DNA of 64,000 bases from an uncultured Desulfofustis sp. (GCA_964608305.1 CAZSOA010000001.1:9870-73869), one strand, 5' to 3'; counted from the stretch's first letter, positions 9,307 through 19,753 are shown. Program-made: numbers and translations. Notes: generated by a model from the letters alone, not told the origin.

Positions 9307-9384
9307 TGGTCGGGGCGGCAGGATTCGAACCTGCGACCTCCTGCTCCCAAGGCAGGCGCGCTAACCAGACTGCGCTACGCCCCG
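9307..9384 (-). tRNA. tRNA-Pro (anticodon TGG), 78 nt with encoded CCA
   Basis: Hand-folded cloverleaf: CGGGGCG/TA/GCGC-AGTCTGGTTA-GCGC/G/CCTGC-CTTGGGA-GCAGG/AGGTC/GCAGG-TTCGAAT-CCTGC/CGCCCCG/A/CCA. Confidence 0.95.
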
Positions 9385-9407
9385 ATGGCGTGTATGAGAA
9401 AAGCCAT

Positions 9408-9436
9408 TTCTTACCCGTTCTTCCTGGGGATGTCAA
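9408..9436 (-). promoter_or_regulatory. Sigma-70-type promoter candidate for tRNA-Pro
   Basis: On the minus strand: TTGACA (9436-9431), a 17-nt spacer, then TAAGAA (9413-9408). It lies about 20 nt upstream of the mature tRNA 5' end. Confidence 0.35.
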
Positions 9437-9631
9437 TCGCCAATGCTTATAGTGCACCGTAGCACCGCCAAGGTTGTTCATTCGGCCTCATCAGAGACGA
9501 ATTAATAGAGGGGCCGGGAAAAATATGCTAAGCTCAGCTTCGGGCCGATAACATACCGTTTCCCCGGCCGCTTTCGCCGCTCATCCGGCAGGGACAGCCG
9601 GCACCCGCAGACAAAGAATCGCCTCAACGAC

Positions 9632-10837
9632 ATGAAACAATCCCCTTTTTTCAACAAACCGTTCCTCGTGTTCATCGTTCTTGCGTTGATCGCCGGAGCC
9701 GTCATCTTTTTCATCACCCGTGACGATCCGGGCGCCGGAACGGGGATGAGCCGGCAGGAGGCGGTGGTCGGCGTCAACATCGCCACCGCCGAGTATCGCG
9801 ACCTTGTCGATATGCACGTTTTCAGCGGTACGCTGATCGCTGAACAGCAATATGACGCCGCCGCGAAAATCAGTGGACGCATCCGGGAAATTGCCGTCAA
9901 CCTCGGGGATTGCGTCCGCCGAGGTGCGCTGCTCGCCCGCCTCGACAGCGAAGAGTACGAACAGCAACGAGCCCAGGCCCAAGCCGAACTCGATGTCGCC
10001 CAGGCCTCCCTGGCCGAGGCGCGCAGCAGTCTGGTGGCCGCTGAACGTGCCTACCAGCGGGCCATGCAGCTCAGAGATCAGAAGGTAGCGTCGGAGGCCG
10101 AACTGGAAACCGCTGAAACCGAGCGACTGGCGCGCCAGGCCGGTGTCAATCTGGCCGAGGCCCAGATCAAACAACGAGAAGCGGCGCTGCGGGCGGCCGA
10201 AGTGCGCCTCTCCTATACGACGCTGACTGCCGACTGGCAAAATGGTGACGACGACACCTGCCGTTATGTGGCACGGCGGCATGTCGACGAAGGCAACACC
10301 ATCGGTGCCAACGCTCCGGTCGTCACCCTGGTCGATCTTACTCGACTCAAAGCGGTGATCAATGTTACCGAACGGGATTACGCCCTGCTGCATATCGGTC
10401 AGCAGGCGCATATCAGTGTCGATTTTCTCGCCGCACACTCCTTTCCCGGCACGGTTGCCCGAATGGCCCCGGTTTTTGCCGAAACCAGCCGGCAGGCCCG
10501 GGTCGAAATCAGTGTACCCAATCCGGAAGGACTGCTGAAAGGCGGGATGTTCGCCCGGGCGCATATCGAGTTAAACCGCGCCGACAACACCCTGGCCGTG
10601 CCGTCTACCGCAGTTATCAGACGGCAGGGCGTTACCGGGGTGTTTCTGGTCAACGAGGAGGGGCGGGCGAATTTCCGCGAAGTTGTGCCGGGCATAGCAC
10701 AGGACGGCTGGACCCAGGTGACCGGACTGGAAGCGGGGCAAACCGTCGTTACCCTTGGTCACCATCTGCTCAGCGACGATGTTCGCGTCTCGACAACGCA
10801 GGCAGCTCATGAGCTTCCCGACCGGGCCGGGGCATAG
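9632..10837 (+). CDS. RND efflux periplasmic adaptor (membrane fusion protein, HlyD family)
   Basis: N-terminal TM, a coiled-coil hairpin (EEYEQQRAQAQAELDVAQASLAEARSSL...) and barrel domains (GMFARAHIEL). Confidence 0.9.
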   Translation: MKQSPFFNKPFLVFIVLALIAGAVIFFITRDDPGAGTGMSRQEAVVGVNIATAEYRDLVDMHVFSGTLIAEQQYDAAAKISGRIREIAVNLGDCVRRGALLARLDSEEYEQQRAQAQAELDVAQASLAEARSSLVAAERAYQRAMQLRDQKVASEAELETAETERLARQAGVNLAEAQIKQREAALRAAEVRLSYTTLTADWQNGDDDTCRYVARRHVDEGNTIGANAPVVTLVDLTRLKAVINVTERDYALLHIGQQAHISVDFLAAHSFPGTVARMAPVFAETSRQARVEISVPNPEGLLKGGMFARAHIELNRADNTLAVPSTAVIRRQGVTGVFLVNEEGRANFREVVPGIAQDGWTQVTGLEAGQTVVTLGHHLLSDDVRVSTTQAAHELPDRAGA

Positions 10838-10849
10838 GAAACAGACAGC

Positions 10850-13800
10850 ATGAATATCAGCGCCTTCACGACCTCCCGGCCGGTATTCACCATCATGGTG
10901 ACGCTGATCGTCATTCTCATCGGTCTCGTCTCTCTGAGCCGTCTGCCCATCGACCTGCTGCCGGAGATCTCCTACCCGACCCTGAGCATTAACACTTCCT
11001 ACGGCAACGCCGCTCCGGAAGAGGTGGAGAAACTCGTTACGGAAGTCATCGAAGGCGCGGTTTCCGCCATTCAGGGCATCAAGGAGATTTCCTCCCAATC
11101 CACCGAAGGAAACAGCCGGGTCCGCGTCTCCTTTACCTGGGGCACCAATCTCGATGCGGCCACCAACGATGTCCGCGACCGACTGGATCGAATCATCAGC
11201 AGTTTACCGGAAGAGATCGATCGGCCTCAGATCCGCAAATTTGACCCTAACAGTGCTCCGATCCTGATCTACGGAGCGGCCTCGAGCCTTGATCCGATCG
11301 AGCTGCGGCGATTAATCGACGACCAGATCAGCTACCGTATCGAACAGGTTCCCGGCGTGGCGGCGCTCGATGTCTGGGGCGGCCTGGAACGGGAAATCCA
11401 GATCGAGGTTGATGCCGATCGGCTACGCGCCCTGCAACTCTCCCTGGACAAGGTGCGCACCGCGATCCGCGATGCCAATATCAGCCTGCCGGCCGGCACC
11501 ATCGAGGCCGGCAATACCGAGATCCGTCTGCGTACTCCCGGGGAGTTGACCAGTGTCGATCAACTGCTCAACCTCGTTGTCGACCGCCGCGACGGCACAC
11601 CCATCTATCTGAAGCAGGTGGCATCCGTCAACGACACCCACTCGGAGATAACCCGGATCGTCCGCATCAACGGCACCCCGGGCGTCTGGCTGGCGATCCG
11701 CAAACAGTCGGGCACCAACACGGTGGAGGTGGCAGAGCAGGCCAAGGCAATCGTCGATCAGATCAATCGCGATTTCCCGCAGATCAATATCATTCCGATC
11801 ATCGACACCTCTGAATATATTCAACGTTCACTGGCCAATGTCGGCAGAACCATCGTCTTCGGCGGGGCGCTGGCCATCATCGTGCTGCTTGCCTTTCTGC
11901 GCAACCTGCGGGCCACCCTGGTGGTGACGACGGCCATTCCGGTGGCTATCATTTCCACCTTTGCGATGATGTATTTCGGCAACCTGACCCTCAATCTGAT
12001 GACGCTTGGCGGCCTGGCGCTCGGCGTCGGGATGATGGTCGACAACTCGATCGTCGTCCTTGAGAATATCCTGCGACGCCACCAGGCATTGCAGGAAAGT
12101 CCGCGAGAAGCCGCGATCAAAGGCGCCCGGGAAGTGGCCGGAGCGATTATCGCGAGTACCTGCACGACCCTTGCCATCTTCTTTCCGATGCTCTTTGCCC
12201 AGGAGATCTCCGGGCTGCTCTTTCGCCAGCTTACCTATGTGGTGGCGTTTTCGCTGATCTGCTCGCTGATTGTCGCCCTCACCCTGGTGCCGATGCTCAC
12301 TCGCCTGTTCCTGGAGATTCAGCAACACAGGGCAACGGGCGGAGCGATTAAAGCGCTGGCCGATCGGATGGCCGTCCTGCATGAACGTCTCAATGGCGTT
12401 TATGCAATGCTGCTTGACGCCGGTTTGCGCAGCCCGGCCCGAACCATTGTCATCGTTCTGGTCATCTTTATTTTGGTTATCAGCTTGGTGCCGCTGATCA
12501 GCACCGAATTCATGCCCGCTTCCGACGAGGGCGAGGTGCGGGTCGACCTGCAGATGGCCGGTGGAACCAGGCTGGAACTGCTCGATGAGACCTTCCGTGA
12601 CGTTGAGGAGATCATCGACGGCTCGATTCCGGAAATGCGGGCCTGGGTGACCAACCTCGGTTCTTCCGGCGGCCGCGGCAACTCCACCGGCGGCAGTATC
12701 CGCATCTCTCTCGTACCGCTTCTGGAACGCGACCGATCAAGCGCCGAGGTTGCAGCGGATCTGCGGCAAAGGATCGGCACGGTTCCCGGTGCCGAGATCC
12801 GGGTTCGCGCCGGGCAGGGGATGTTTTTGCTGTCGCGGCTGATCGGCAGCGGCGGTGACGACAACCTGGAGATCGAGATTCGCGGCTATGATCTTGGCAT
12901 CCTCGACCAGTTTGCGCAGACCGTCGAGGCGCAGATCAAAGACATCCCCGGAGTCACCGATACGCGGCGTGGCCGGGAGGAAGGAGTGCCCCAGACCCTG
13001 CTGGAAATCGACCGCGACCGTGCTGCCGATCTTGGCCTGAGCGTGGCGTCCGTCGCCCGCACCCTGGAGACCGCACTTTCGGGGACCAGGGCCGGGCAAT
13101 TCCGCGACGGCAGCGGTGAGGATGTCGATATCCTCGTACGGGTCAAGGATGCAAAGCTGCTCAGCGTCGAAGAGCTGCTGACCCTGACCATCAACAACGA
13201 GGCCGGAGAGGCCGTATCGCTGCGCAATGTGCTGACCCCGCAGACCGGCATCGGACCGGTGGAAATCGATCGCAAGAACCAGCAACGACTCGTTGCCGTC
13301 AGCGCCAACGTGGCCAACCGACCGCTGGGCGAAGTGGCGGCGGAAGTGCAGGATCGACTGTCCAACATTCCGCGACCCCGTGGTTATGAAATCGTTATGG
13401 CCGGCGACATCGAAGAACAGGCCAAATCGTTCAGGGAAATGATGCTCGGCATCATGCTCGCGGTGATCCTCGTTTATATGGTCATGGCCTCGCTGTATGA
13501 ATCGTTCCTGTCACCACTGGTCGTCATGTTCTCGGTACCGTTGTCCCTGATCGGCGTCGTGCTGATCCTGCTGCTGACCGGGACCACCTTTAATGTCCAG
13601 AGTTTTATCGGCTGCATCATGTTGGTCGGCATCGTCGTCAACAACGCGATTCTGATTGTCGACCGGGCCAACACCCTTTTTCGCGACGATGGCCTGGCCC
13701 TGCTCGAAGCCGTCAGAAAAGCCGGTCGCGATCGGTTGCGCCCGGTGCTGATGACCTCCCTGACCACGGTACTGTCCCTGTCACCGCTGGCACTCGGAAT

Positions 13801-13963
13801 CGGTGAGGGCAGCGACATGCAGGCCCCGCTGGCCCGAACCGTGCTGGGCGGCCTGCTCAGTGCCTCGATGATCACCCTGATCCTCATCCCTGCCATTTTC
13901 CTGCTGTTCAACCGCCGTTTCGAACGCAAACGCGCCGGCTCCATCGCCCACCAATCGCCATGA
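10850..13963 (+). CDS. RND efflux permease (AcrB/AcrD/AcrF family)
   Basis: 1037 aa with 12-TM architecture. N-terminus RPVFTIMVTLIVILIGLVSLSRLPIDLLPE. Conserved LGGLALGVGMMVDNSIVVLENI and IGCIMLVGIVVNNAILIVD. Confidence 0.95.
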   Translation: MNISAFTTSRPVFTIMVTLIVILIGLVSLSRLPIDLLPEISYPTLSINTSYGNAAPEEVEKLVTEVIEGAVSAIQGIKEISSQSTEGNSRVRVSFTWGTNLDAATNDVRDRLDRIISSLPEEIDRPQIRKFDPNSAPILIYGAASSLDPIELRRLIDDQISYRIEQVPGVAALDVWGGLEREIQIEVDADRLRALQLSLDKVRTAIRDANISLPAGTIEAGNTEIRLRTPGELTSVDQLLNLVVDRRDGTPIYLKQVASVNDTHSEITRIVRINGTPGVWLAIRKQSGTNTVEVAEQAKAIVDQINRDFPQINIIPIIDTSEYIQRSLANVGRTIVFGGALAIIVLLAFLRNLRATLVVTTAIPVAIISTFAMMYFGNLTLNLMTLGGLALGVGMMVDNSIVVLENILRRHQALQESPREAAIKGAREVAGAIIASTCTTLAIFFPMLFAQEISGLLFRQLTYVVAFSLICSLIVALTLVPMLTRLFLEIQQHRATGGAIKALADRMAVLHERLNGVYAMLLDAGLRSPARTIVIVLVIFILVISLVPLISTEFMPASDEGEVRVDLQMAGGTRLELLDETFRDVEEIIDGSIPEMRAWVTNLGSSGGRGNSTGGSIRISLVPLLERDRSSAEVAADLRQRIGTVPGAEIRVRAGQGMFLLSRLIGSGGDDNLEIEIRGYDLGILDQFAQTVEAQIKDIPGVTDTRRGREEGVPQTLLEIDRDRAADLGLSVASVARTLETALSGTRAGQFRDGSGEDVDILVRVKDAKLLSVEELLTLTINNEAGEAVSLRNVLTPQTGIGPVEIDRKNQQRLVAVSANVANRPLGEVAAEVQDRLSNIPRPRGYEIVMAGDIEEQAKSFREMMLGIMLAVILVYMVMASLYESFLSPLVVMFSVPLSLIGVVLILLLTGTTFNVQSFIGCIMLVGIVVNNAILIVDRANTLFRDDGLALLEAVRKAGRDRLRPVLMTSLTTVLSLSPLALGIGEGSDMQAPLARTVLGGLLSASMITLILIPAIFLLFNRRFERKRAGSIAHQSP

Positions 13964-15615
13964 AACCATCCGTCTCTATCCTCTTGTTATCCGCCAGCCT
14001 GCTCCTGCTCACCGGCTGCCTGAACCGGCCACCGCACCAGTCGCTCACCCGACCGGTCGATCTGCAGGCAGCAGTGCCGACGACACCCACCCTTGCGGTT
14101 GCTGCCGACAGCGCGTCATCAGCGGAGACCGTTGCCGAACCGTCAATATTCACCAGTGAAAACGGCCAACCGCCGCCCAACCTGTCTGCTGAAGGTACGC
14201 TCGATTTGTCGGTCGAACTGGCCGTGCTGACCGCCATCAGTCGCAACCGGGCACTGGCGGTCGAGTTGTATGCGCCGATCATCGCCGGCACCTTTGTTGA
14301 AACTGAACGGGCGGTATTCGACCCTGTCCTGTTCGCCGAGGCCGGCCTTGATACGTCCCGTGATCGCGCCTATGATACGGCGACGGATCGGTTTTTCTCC
14401 ATTGACGGTGATCAGCTAACCATTCGCGGCGGGGTGGCCAAACGCTTTATCACCGGTACCGATGTCACGATGGACCTGCGCCACACCTACAATCGTCGCG
14501 ACAACACCCAAACAACCGACGATACCAGGCTCGGCCTGAACCTCACCCAAGCATTGCTGCGCGATGCCGGTATGGCTGTCAATCTGGCCGGCATTCGCCG
14601 GGCCGAAGCGGCTGAGTTAGCTTCCGCCTATAGTGTCCGGGGGTTTGCCGAACACCTGGTGGCCACGGTGGAAGAGGCGTATTGGGATTACGCGCTGGCG
14701 CTACGCCAGGTCGAAATTTTCGAAGAATCATTAACACTGGCCAGACGCCAGCGTGACGACATCCACACCCGGATCAGTGTCGGCCAGATCGCCGAAACCG
14801 AAGAAATCGTCGCCAACGCCGAATTGGCTTTACGCGAACAACAGCTTATCGACGCCCGCAGTGCCCGGGAGCGGGCCCGGCTCAGCCTGCTGCGGTTACT
14901 GAATCCGCCGGCTGCCGATGGCTGGGACAGACAGATCAGCCTCAACGAGGAAATCATCGTACCGGAGATCAGTCTCGGCAGTGCGCTGGATCATGAAGCG
15001 CTGGCCGTGCGGCTACGCCCCGACCTCAACGAGGCGCGATTGCAGGCCCGACGCGGCGAGTTGGAAACGGTGCAGACCGCCAACGGCCTGCTGCCCCGCC
15101 TCGATCTCTTCATCAATCTCGGAAAAACCGGCTATGCGCGAAGCTTCGGTGGCAGCATTGAAGACCTCGACGGGACCGGTTATGATGCCGCCATCGGTCT
15201 GGGGTTTGAACTGCCGGTGGAAAACCGTGCCGCCCGGGCGCTGGATCGTCGAGCCCGGGCCGGTTACCGGCAGGCGCTGGACAGCGTCGAGAACCTCAAG
15301 CAACTGATCTCGCTTGAGGTCCGGGTCGCGTTGCTCGAGGTCGAGCGGAACCGGCAACAGATTGAGGCCAGCGCGGCGAGGCGCATCCTGCAGGAAGAAG
15401 TGCTGCGCACCGAAACGGTGCGTTTCCGGGTCGGCACAGCCACCGCCCTCGACGTGGCGCGGGTGCAGCGGGATCTGTTGGAAAGCCGGATCAACGAAGT
15501 TGCCGCGATCGTCCATTACCGCCAGGCTTTGATCAACCTCTATCTCCTTGACGGCACCCTGCTGCTGCGCCGCGGCATTCAGGGGCCGGGCGCAGCAGAG
15601 GTGGTGATTCACTGA
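13960..15615 (+). CDS. TolC-family outer membrane efflux protein
   Basis: Lipoprotein-type signal (LLLLTGC). Two OEP repeats with long coiled helices. 4-nt overlap with the RND gene. Confidence 0.9.
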   Translation: MKPSVSILLLSASLLLLTGCLNRPPHQSLTRPVDLQAAVPTTPTLAVAADSASSAETVAEPSIFTSENGQPPPNLSAEGTLDLSVELAVLTAISRNRALAVELYAPIIAGTFVETERAVFDPVLFAEAGLDTSRDRAYDTATDRFFSIDGDQLTIRGGVAKRFITGTDVTMDLRHTYNRRDNTQTTDDTRLGLNLTQALLRDAGMAVNLAGIRRAEAAELASAYSVRGFAEHLVATVEEAYWDYALALRQVEIFEESLTLARRQRDDIHTRISVGQIAETEEIVANAELALREQQLIDARSARERARLSLLRLLNPPAADGWDRQISLNEEIIVPEISLGSALDHEALAVRLRPDLNEARLQARRGELETVQTANGLLPRLDLFINLGKTGYARSFGGSIEDLDGTGYDAAIGLGFELPVENRAARALDRRARAGYRQALDSVENLKQLISLEVRVALLEVERNRQQIEASAARRILQEEVLRTETVRFRVGTATALDVARVQRDLLESRINEVAAIVHYRQALINLYLLDGTLLLRRGIQGPGAAEVVIH

Positions 15616-15621
15616 AGGGCA

Positions 15622-16527
15622 TTACTGCTTTGAGGCAGCGGCTTGCTCCCTATTGTTGATTCGGGCCAACACCCGATAGAGCCCTTGGGTACCGAGGTTT
15701 TCGTACCCCATGGCCTGGGCGACAATGTAAAACTGATTCACCAGCGCCAGCCCGGGCAGGCTCAGGTTCATCCGCTGCGCTTCGGCCAGGGCGATCCCCA
15801 TATCCTTGACAAAATGCTTGATATAAAAGCCCGGATTGAAATCGCCCTTGGCGATGCGCCGCCCGAGATTATTGATCATCCACGATCGGGCCGCACCCTG
15901 GCCGATCACATCGATCACGGCATCCAGGTCCATGCCCATCCGCTCTGCATAGAGCAGTGATTCGACCGTGCCGATCATCGTACCGGCAACAAGGATCTGG
16001 TTGCACATCTTGGTATGCTGGCCGGCCCCGGCACCACCCATATAAGAGATATTCTCTCCCATTGCCTGAAACAGCGGCCGGACCCGCTCACACACCTCAC
16101 GGTCACCGCCGACCATGATCGCCAGCGTCCCCTCGCGGGCGCCGACATCGCCACCGGAGACCGGTGCATCGAGTGCCGCCACGCCCTGCTTGCCGGCAGC
16201 CTCATAAATGGTCCGGGCCAGTTCCGGGCTTGAGGTAGTCATATCGACAATAATCGAACCGGCTTTGGCACCGGCCAGCACCCCCTGCTCACCAAGCAGG
16301 ACGGTTTCGACATCCGGCGGAAAACCGACGATGGAAAATATGACATCGCAGTTCTGCGCCAGTTCTTTAGGCGAATCACACCAGTGGGCGCCGCGCTCGA
16401 CCAGATTATCGGCCTTGCTCCGCGTACGATTATAGACAAAGAGTTGATGGCCGGCGCTCATCAGGTGCCCGCACATGGCATTGCCCATCACCCCGGTACC
16501 GATCCAACCGAGCTTCATTTGTTCCAT
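15622..16527 (-). CDS. NAD(P)-dependent beta-hydroxyacid dehydrogenase family (3-hydroxyisobutyrate / succinic- or malonic-semialdehyde reductase type)
   Basis: MKLGWIGTGVMGNAMCGHL Rossmann motif. DAPVSGG and a C-terminal 6PGD-like helical domain. AGGAGG SD. Confidence 0.85.
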   Translation of the reverse strand: MEQMKLGWIGTGVMGNAMCGHLMSAGHQLFVYNRTRSKADNLVERGAHWCDSPKELAQNCDVIFSIVGFPPDVETVLLGEQGVLAGAKAGSIIVDMTTSSPELARTIYEAAGKQGVAALDAPVSGGDVGAREGTLAIMVGGDREVCERVRPLFQAMGENISYMGGAGAGQHTKMCNQILVAGTMIGTVESLLYAERMGMDLDAVIDVIGQGAARSWMINNLGRRIAKGDFNPGFYIKHFVKDMGIALAEAQRMNLSLPGLALVNQFYIVAQAMGYENLGTQGLYRVLARINNREQAAASKQ

Positions 16528-16567
16528 GCTCCCCTCCTGTGCTGCTTCGTTTTCCTGGCCTTATTGC

Positions 16568-18337
16568 TTATTGCAGTTTGCCGGCGGCATCCCAACCGCG
16601 AAGCCGATAGTAGTCCTGCAGTAATTGCTCCATTTCCGCGGCCGTCAGGGAACCGCCCTCGGGCAGCACCTCCTTGTGCAGGCGTGCCGGCAGTCGATCA
16701 TCTGCAGCAGTCAGTCCCTCACGCAGATTGAAGCGTCGGGTCATATCAGCTATGGTAGCCGCTTTTTGAACGAGAACCTCTTTGCTCGACGGCTGCCCGG
16801 TGGTCAGGTGGATGGTTTTCTCCAGTTCTTCCCAGCTGTAGAGATCCCGATAGAACCGGCACAGGACCAGGGTGTCGAAAATATTGAGCCGGTTCTCGTA
16901 ATCGATCAGCATTGCCGCTTTGCCTTCGATTTGATCCGGCGGAATCATGCCGGCCAATTCGGGCTTGTAAAAGGTCGTGCGCAGGTGGCAGGCGCCGCGC
17001 GGCGCGGTGCCGAAGGTCAACCCCATGCCCTTGAGCTTGCGCGGGTCATAACCGGCCGGCTCCAGTCCTTTGACATGGATGGCGAGATCCTCGAGCCCAA
17101 AAGTCCGAGCCGCGGCGACGATACCGTCGGCCAGCACAGCGCCGACTCCACGGCGGGCAGCGATGGCCTCAAGGAGTGCCGCCGTCTGGTCGGCGTTGCC
17201 GTACTCGATCTCATAGTCAATACGGCCTTGCTCTTTAGCCTCCATCATCAGCCCGCAAAGATTGCCGGCGGTGATGGTATCCATGCCGAGTCGGTCACAC
17301 AGATCGTTGAGATAGGCAACCTCCTCCATCTCTTTGATCATGCAAAGGCCGCCGAATGAGAAGATGGTTTCGTATTCGGGCCCCTCGAGCTTCAGGCCGG
17401 TATGTCGCCCTTTGCCGATCGTGGCGAGACGGCCGCAGGCCATGAAGCATTTGGCGCATGCATGCGCCTTGACGTCGTGTTCCTTGTGGTACGTCTCACC
17501 GCTGATCTGCTCCCAGTGCTCGCAGGATCCCTGGCTCCAGTATTTCGCCGGAAAGGCCCCGGTGTGATTCATCAGGCCGACCATCATCGTCGTCCCCATG
17601 GCACGATAGGCCTTGACGCCCGGATGCTCATAATTGGCCTGACTGAACGCTTTTGCATAGTCGGCCACCCCGGTGGGATCGGCGTAGACCCGCTTACGAT
17701 CACCCTGGAAGACGATCCCCTTCACCAGCTTGGCGCCGAGCACCGCACCAACGCCGGTGCGGCCGGCACAGCGCCAGGTGTCATTGGCGATGATCGCATA
17801 TTTTACAAGAGCCTCTCCGGCCGGCCCGATGACGAGGGCGCCTGGTTTCCCGTATCCGTCACGATTCGGGGCAAACCGTTTGAGCGCCTCCGCCTCGGCA
17901 GCAAAGGTTTCCATCCCCCAGAGATCGCCGGCCTCATGAAACTCGACACCATCGGGGTGAACGGAGAGGATCAATGGGCGATCGGCTGCGCCGGCCAGCA
18001 ATACCGCATCGAAGCCGGCCGCATCGATCGCCTCCGGCGCCTTGCCCCCGGAGTACGATTCGCTGTAAAAACCGGTAAGCGGCGACTTGGTGAACACCCC
18101 ATAACGGCTGCCGCCCCAGAGACGGCCGCCGCAGAACGGACCGGTAGCAATGATCAGGTGATTCTCCGGTCCGAGCGGGTCGACCCCGGGCGGATTTCGC
18201 TCCAACAGTAAATGGGTGGCCAATCCCTTGCCGCCAAGACTTTTCTCGAGCACCGTGTCCGGCAGATCCTCGATCGTCCAGGAACGATTGCCAAGATCAA
18301 TTGTCAGGATACGATTGTAATAGCCGTGCATAACCAT
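16568..18337 (-). CDS. Aldehyde:ferredoxin oxidoreductase (AOR) family, tungsten/molybdopterin enzyme (start more likely ATG 18331)
   Basis: HGYYNRILTIDLGNRSW...LGGKGLATHLL...ATGPFCGG...SPLTG...AGFDAVLLAGAA is a typical AOR N-domain. The C-terminal AFOR_C region includes CHLR and LVLCRF motifs. SD GGAGG spacing favours the third codon as the start. Confidence 0.9.
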   Translation of the reverse strand: MVMHGYYNRILTIDLGNRSWTIEDLPDTVLEKSLGGKGLATHLLLERNPPGVDPLGPENHLIIATGPFCGGRLWGGSRYGVFTKSPLTGFYSESYSGGKAPEAIDAAGFDAVLLAGAADRPLILSVHPDGVEFHEAGDLWGMETFAAEAEALKRFAPNRDGYGKPGALVIGPAGEALVKYAIIANDTWRCAGRTGVGAVLGAKLVKGIVFQGDRKRVYADPTGVADYAKAFSQANYEHPGVKAYRAMGTTMMVGLMNHTGAFPAKYWSQGSCEHWEQISGETYHKEHDVKAHACAKCFMACGRLATIGKGRHTGLKLEGPEYETIFSFGGLCMIKEMEEVAYLNDLCDRLGMDTITAGNLCGLMMEAKEQGRIDYEIEYGNADQTAALLEAIAARRGVGAVLADGIVAAARTFGLEDLAIHVKGLEPAGYDPRKLKGMGLTFGTAPRGACHLRTTFYKPELAGMIPPDQIEGKAAMLIDYENRLNIFDTLVLCRFYRDLYSWEELEKTIHLTTGQPSSKEVLVQKAATIADMTRRFNLREGLTAADDRLPARLHKEVLPEGGSLTAAEMEQLLQDYYRLRGWDAAGKLQ

Positions 18338-18439
18338 CCTCCCCCCGGCGCCGATGCACGGTTCGTGTCACGGCGATCGGTTTGTTTTCGTTTCAGCCGA
18401 TCCGACCATCCCGGAAGATGACCGGAGGGGCATCTGAGC

Positions 18440-19753
18440 CTACTTCCCGCTGATTGCGGCAAAACCATCTTCAATGATTTTCAAACCCTTGGCCAGTTGC
18501 TCATCAGTGATCACCAGCGGCATCAAGAAGCGTATGACATTACCGTACGTACCGCAGGCGAGGATGATCAGTCCCTGCTCGAAACAATAGCTGACCAAAG
18601 CCTTCGTCTGTTCCGCGGCAGGCTCCTTGGTCGTCCGGTCCTTGACCAGTTCCAGAGCGATCATCGGCCCGAGGCCGCGCACATCGCCAATGATCTCATG
18701 GCGCTGCTGCAGCGCGACAAACCGCTCGCGCAGCGTATTACCGAGTGTTTTGGCACGGCTCAGCAGATCTTCGGATTCAAAAATATCAAATACCGCCAGG
18801 GCTGCCTCACAGGCAAGCGGGTTACCGCCATAGGTCCCGCCGATTCCTGATGGATGTACGGCATCCATGATCTCCTTCTTGCCGACCACGGCGCTGAGCG
18901 GCATGCCCGCAGCAAGGCTTTTGGCGGTCGTCGTGAGGTCCGCTTCCACTCCGTAATATTCCATCGCAAACAGGTAACCGGTTCTGCCGATACCGGTCTG
19001 GATCTCATCGGCGATCAGCAGGATGCCGTGTTTCTTGCAGATCGCTTCAAGCCTTTGAAAATATTCCTGCGGTGGTGTGACAAAACCTCCTTCACCCTGG
19101 ATCGGTTCGAAAATAATGGCCGCGGTCTGCTCCGCCGCCACATGGTTGATGAAGAAATATTCGAGATGATCGGCACAGGCGACCTGGCAGGCAGGATAGG
19201 TCTTGTTGAACGGGCAACGGTAGCAATTGGCAAACGGCATCCGGTACACTTCGGGAGCAAATGGACCGAGACCGAGTTTGTACGGCTTCAGTTTCGAGGT
19301 CAAGGTCATACCCATCAGCGTTCGACCGTGGAAGCCATTGTCAAAGGTGATGATCGCCGGCCGTTTCGTGTAGTACCGGGCGATTTTCACCGCGTTTTCA
19401 ACCGCCTCGGCACCGCTGTTGACAAACATCGCCGCTTTTGCCGCTGTGCCCGGCACAGCAGCGCACAATTTCTCCGCCAATCTGACGGCAGCGGCATAGG
19501 GAGACACCATGAAGCAGGTATGGGTGAACTTCTCCGCCTGGTCCTTGATTGCCTGAACAACTTTAGGATGAGAATGGCCGACGTTCATGACGGCAATGCC
19601 GCCGGCAAAGTCGAGATACTCCCGGCCCTCGACGTCGACGATCACCGCACCCCGAGCGTGGGAGACATAGATACCGGTGGCACTGGAAACTCCTTTGGCA
19701 AGATACGTGGAACGCAGTTCCTGCAATTGTGCATTGGTGTGTGTATTGGTCAT
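18440..19753 (-). CDS. gabT: Class III aminotransferase, 4-aminobutyrate (GABA/beta-alanine) transaminase type
   Basis: 437 aa. ...DFAGGIAVMNVGHSHPKVV...FVNSGAEAVENAVKIAR...LLIADEIQTGIGRTG...TTAKSLAAGMPL is a GabT-like pattern with the PLP lysine in TTAKS. Confidence 0.85.
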   Translation of the reverse strand: MTNTHTNAQLQELRSTYLAKGVSSATGIYVSHARGAVIVDVEGREYLDFAGGIAVMNVGHSHPKVVQAIKDQAEKFTHTCFMVSPYAAAVRLAEKLCAAVPGTAAKAAMFVNSGAEAVENAVKIARYYTKRPAIITFDNGFHGRTLMGMTLTSKLKPYKLGLGPFAPEVYRMPFANCYRCPFNKTYPACQVACADHLEYFFINHVAAEQTAAIIFEPIQGEGGFVTPPQEYFQRLEAICKKHGILLIADEIQTGIGRTGYLFAMEYYGVEADLTTTAKSLAAGMPLSAVVGKKEIMDAVHPSGIGGTYGGNPLACEAALAVFDIFESEDLLSRAKTLGNTLRERFVALQQRHEIIGDVRGLGPMIALELVKDRTTKEPAAEQTKALVSYCFEQGLIILACGTYGNVIRFLMPLVITDEQLAKGLKIIEDGFAAISGK

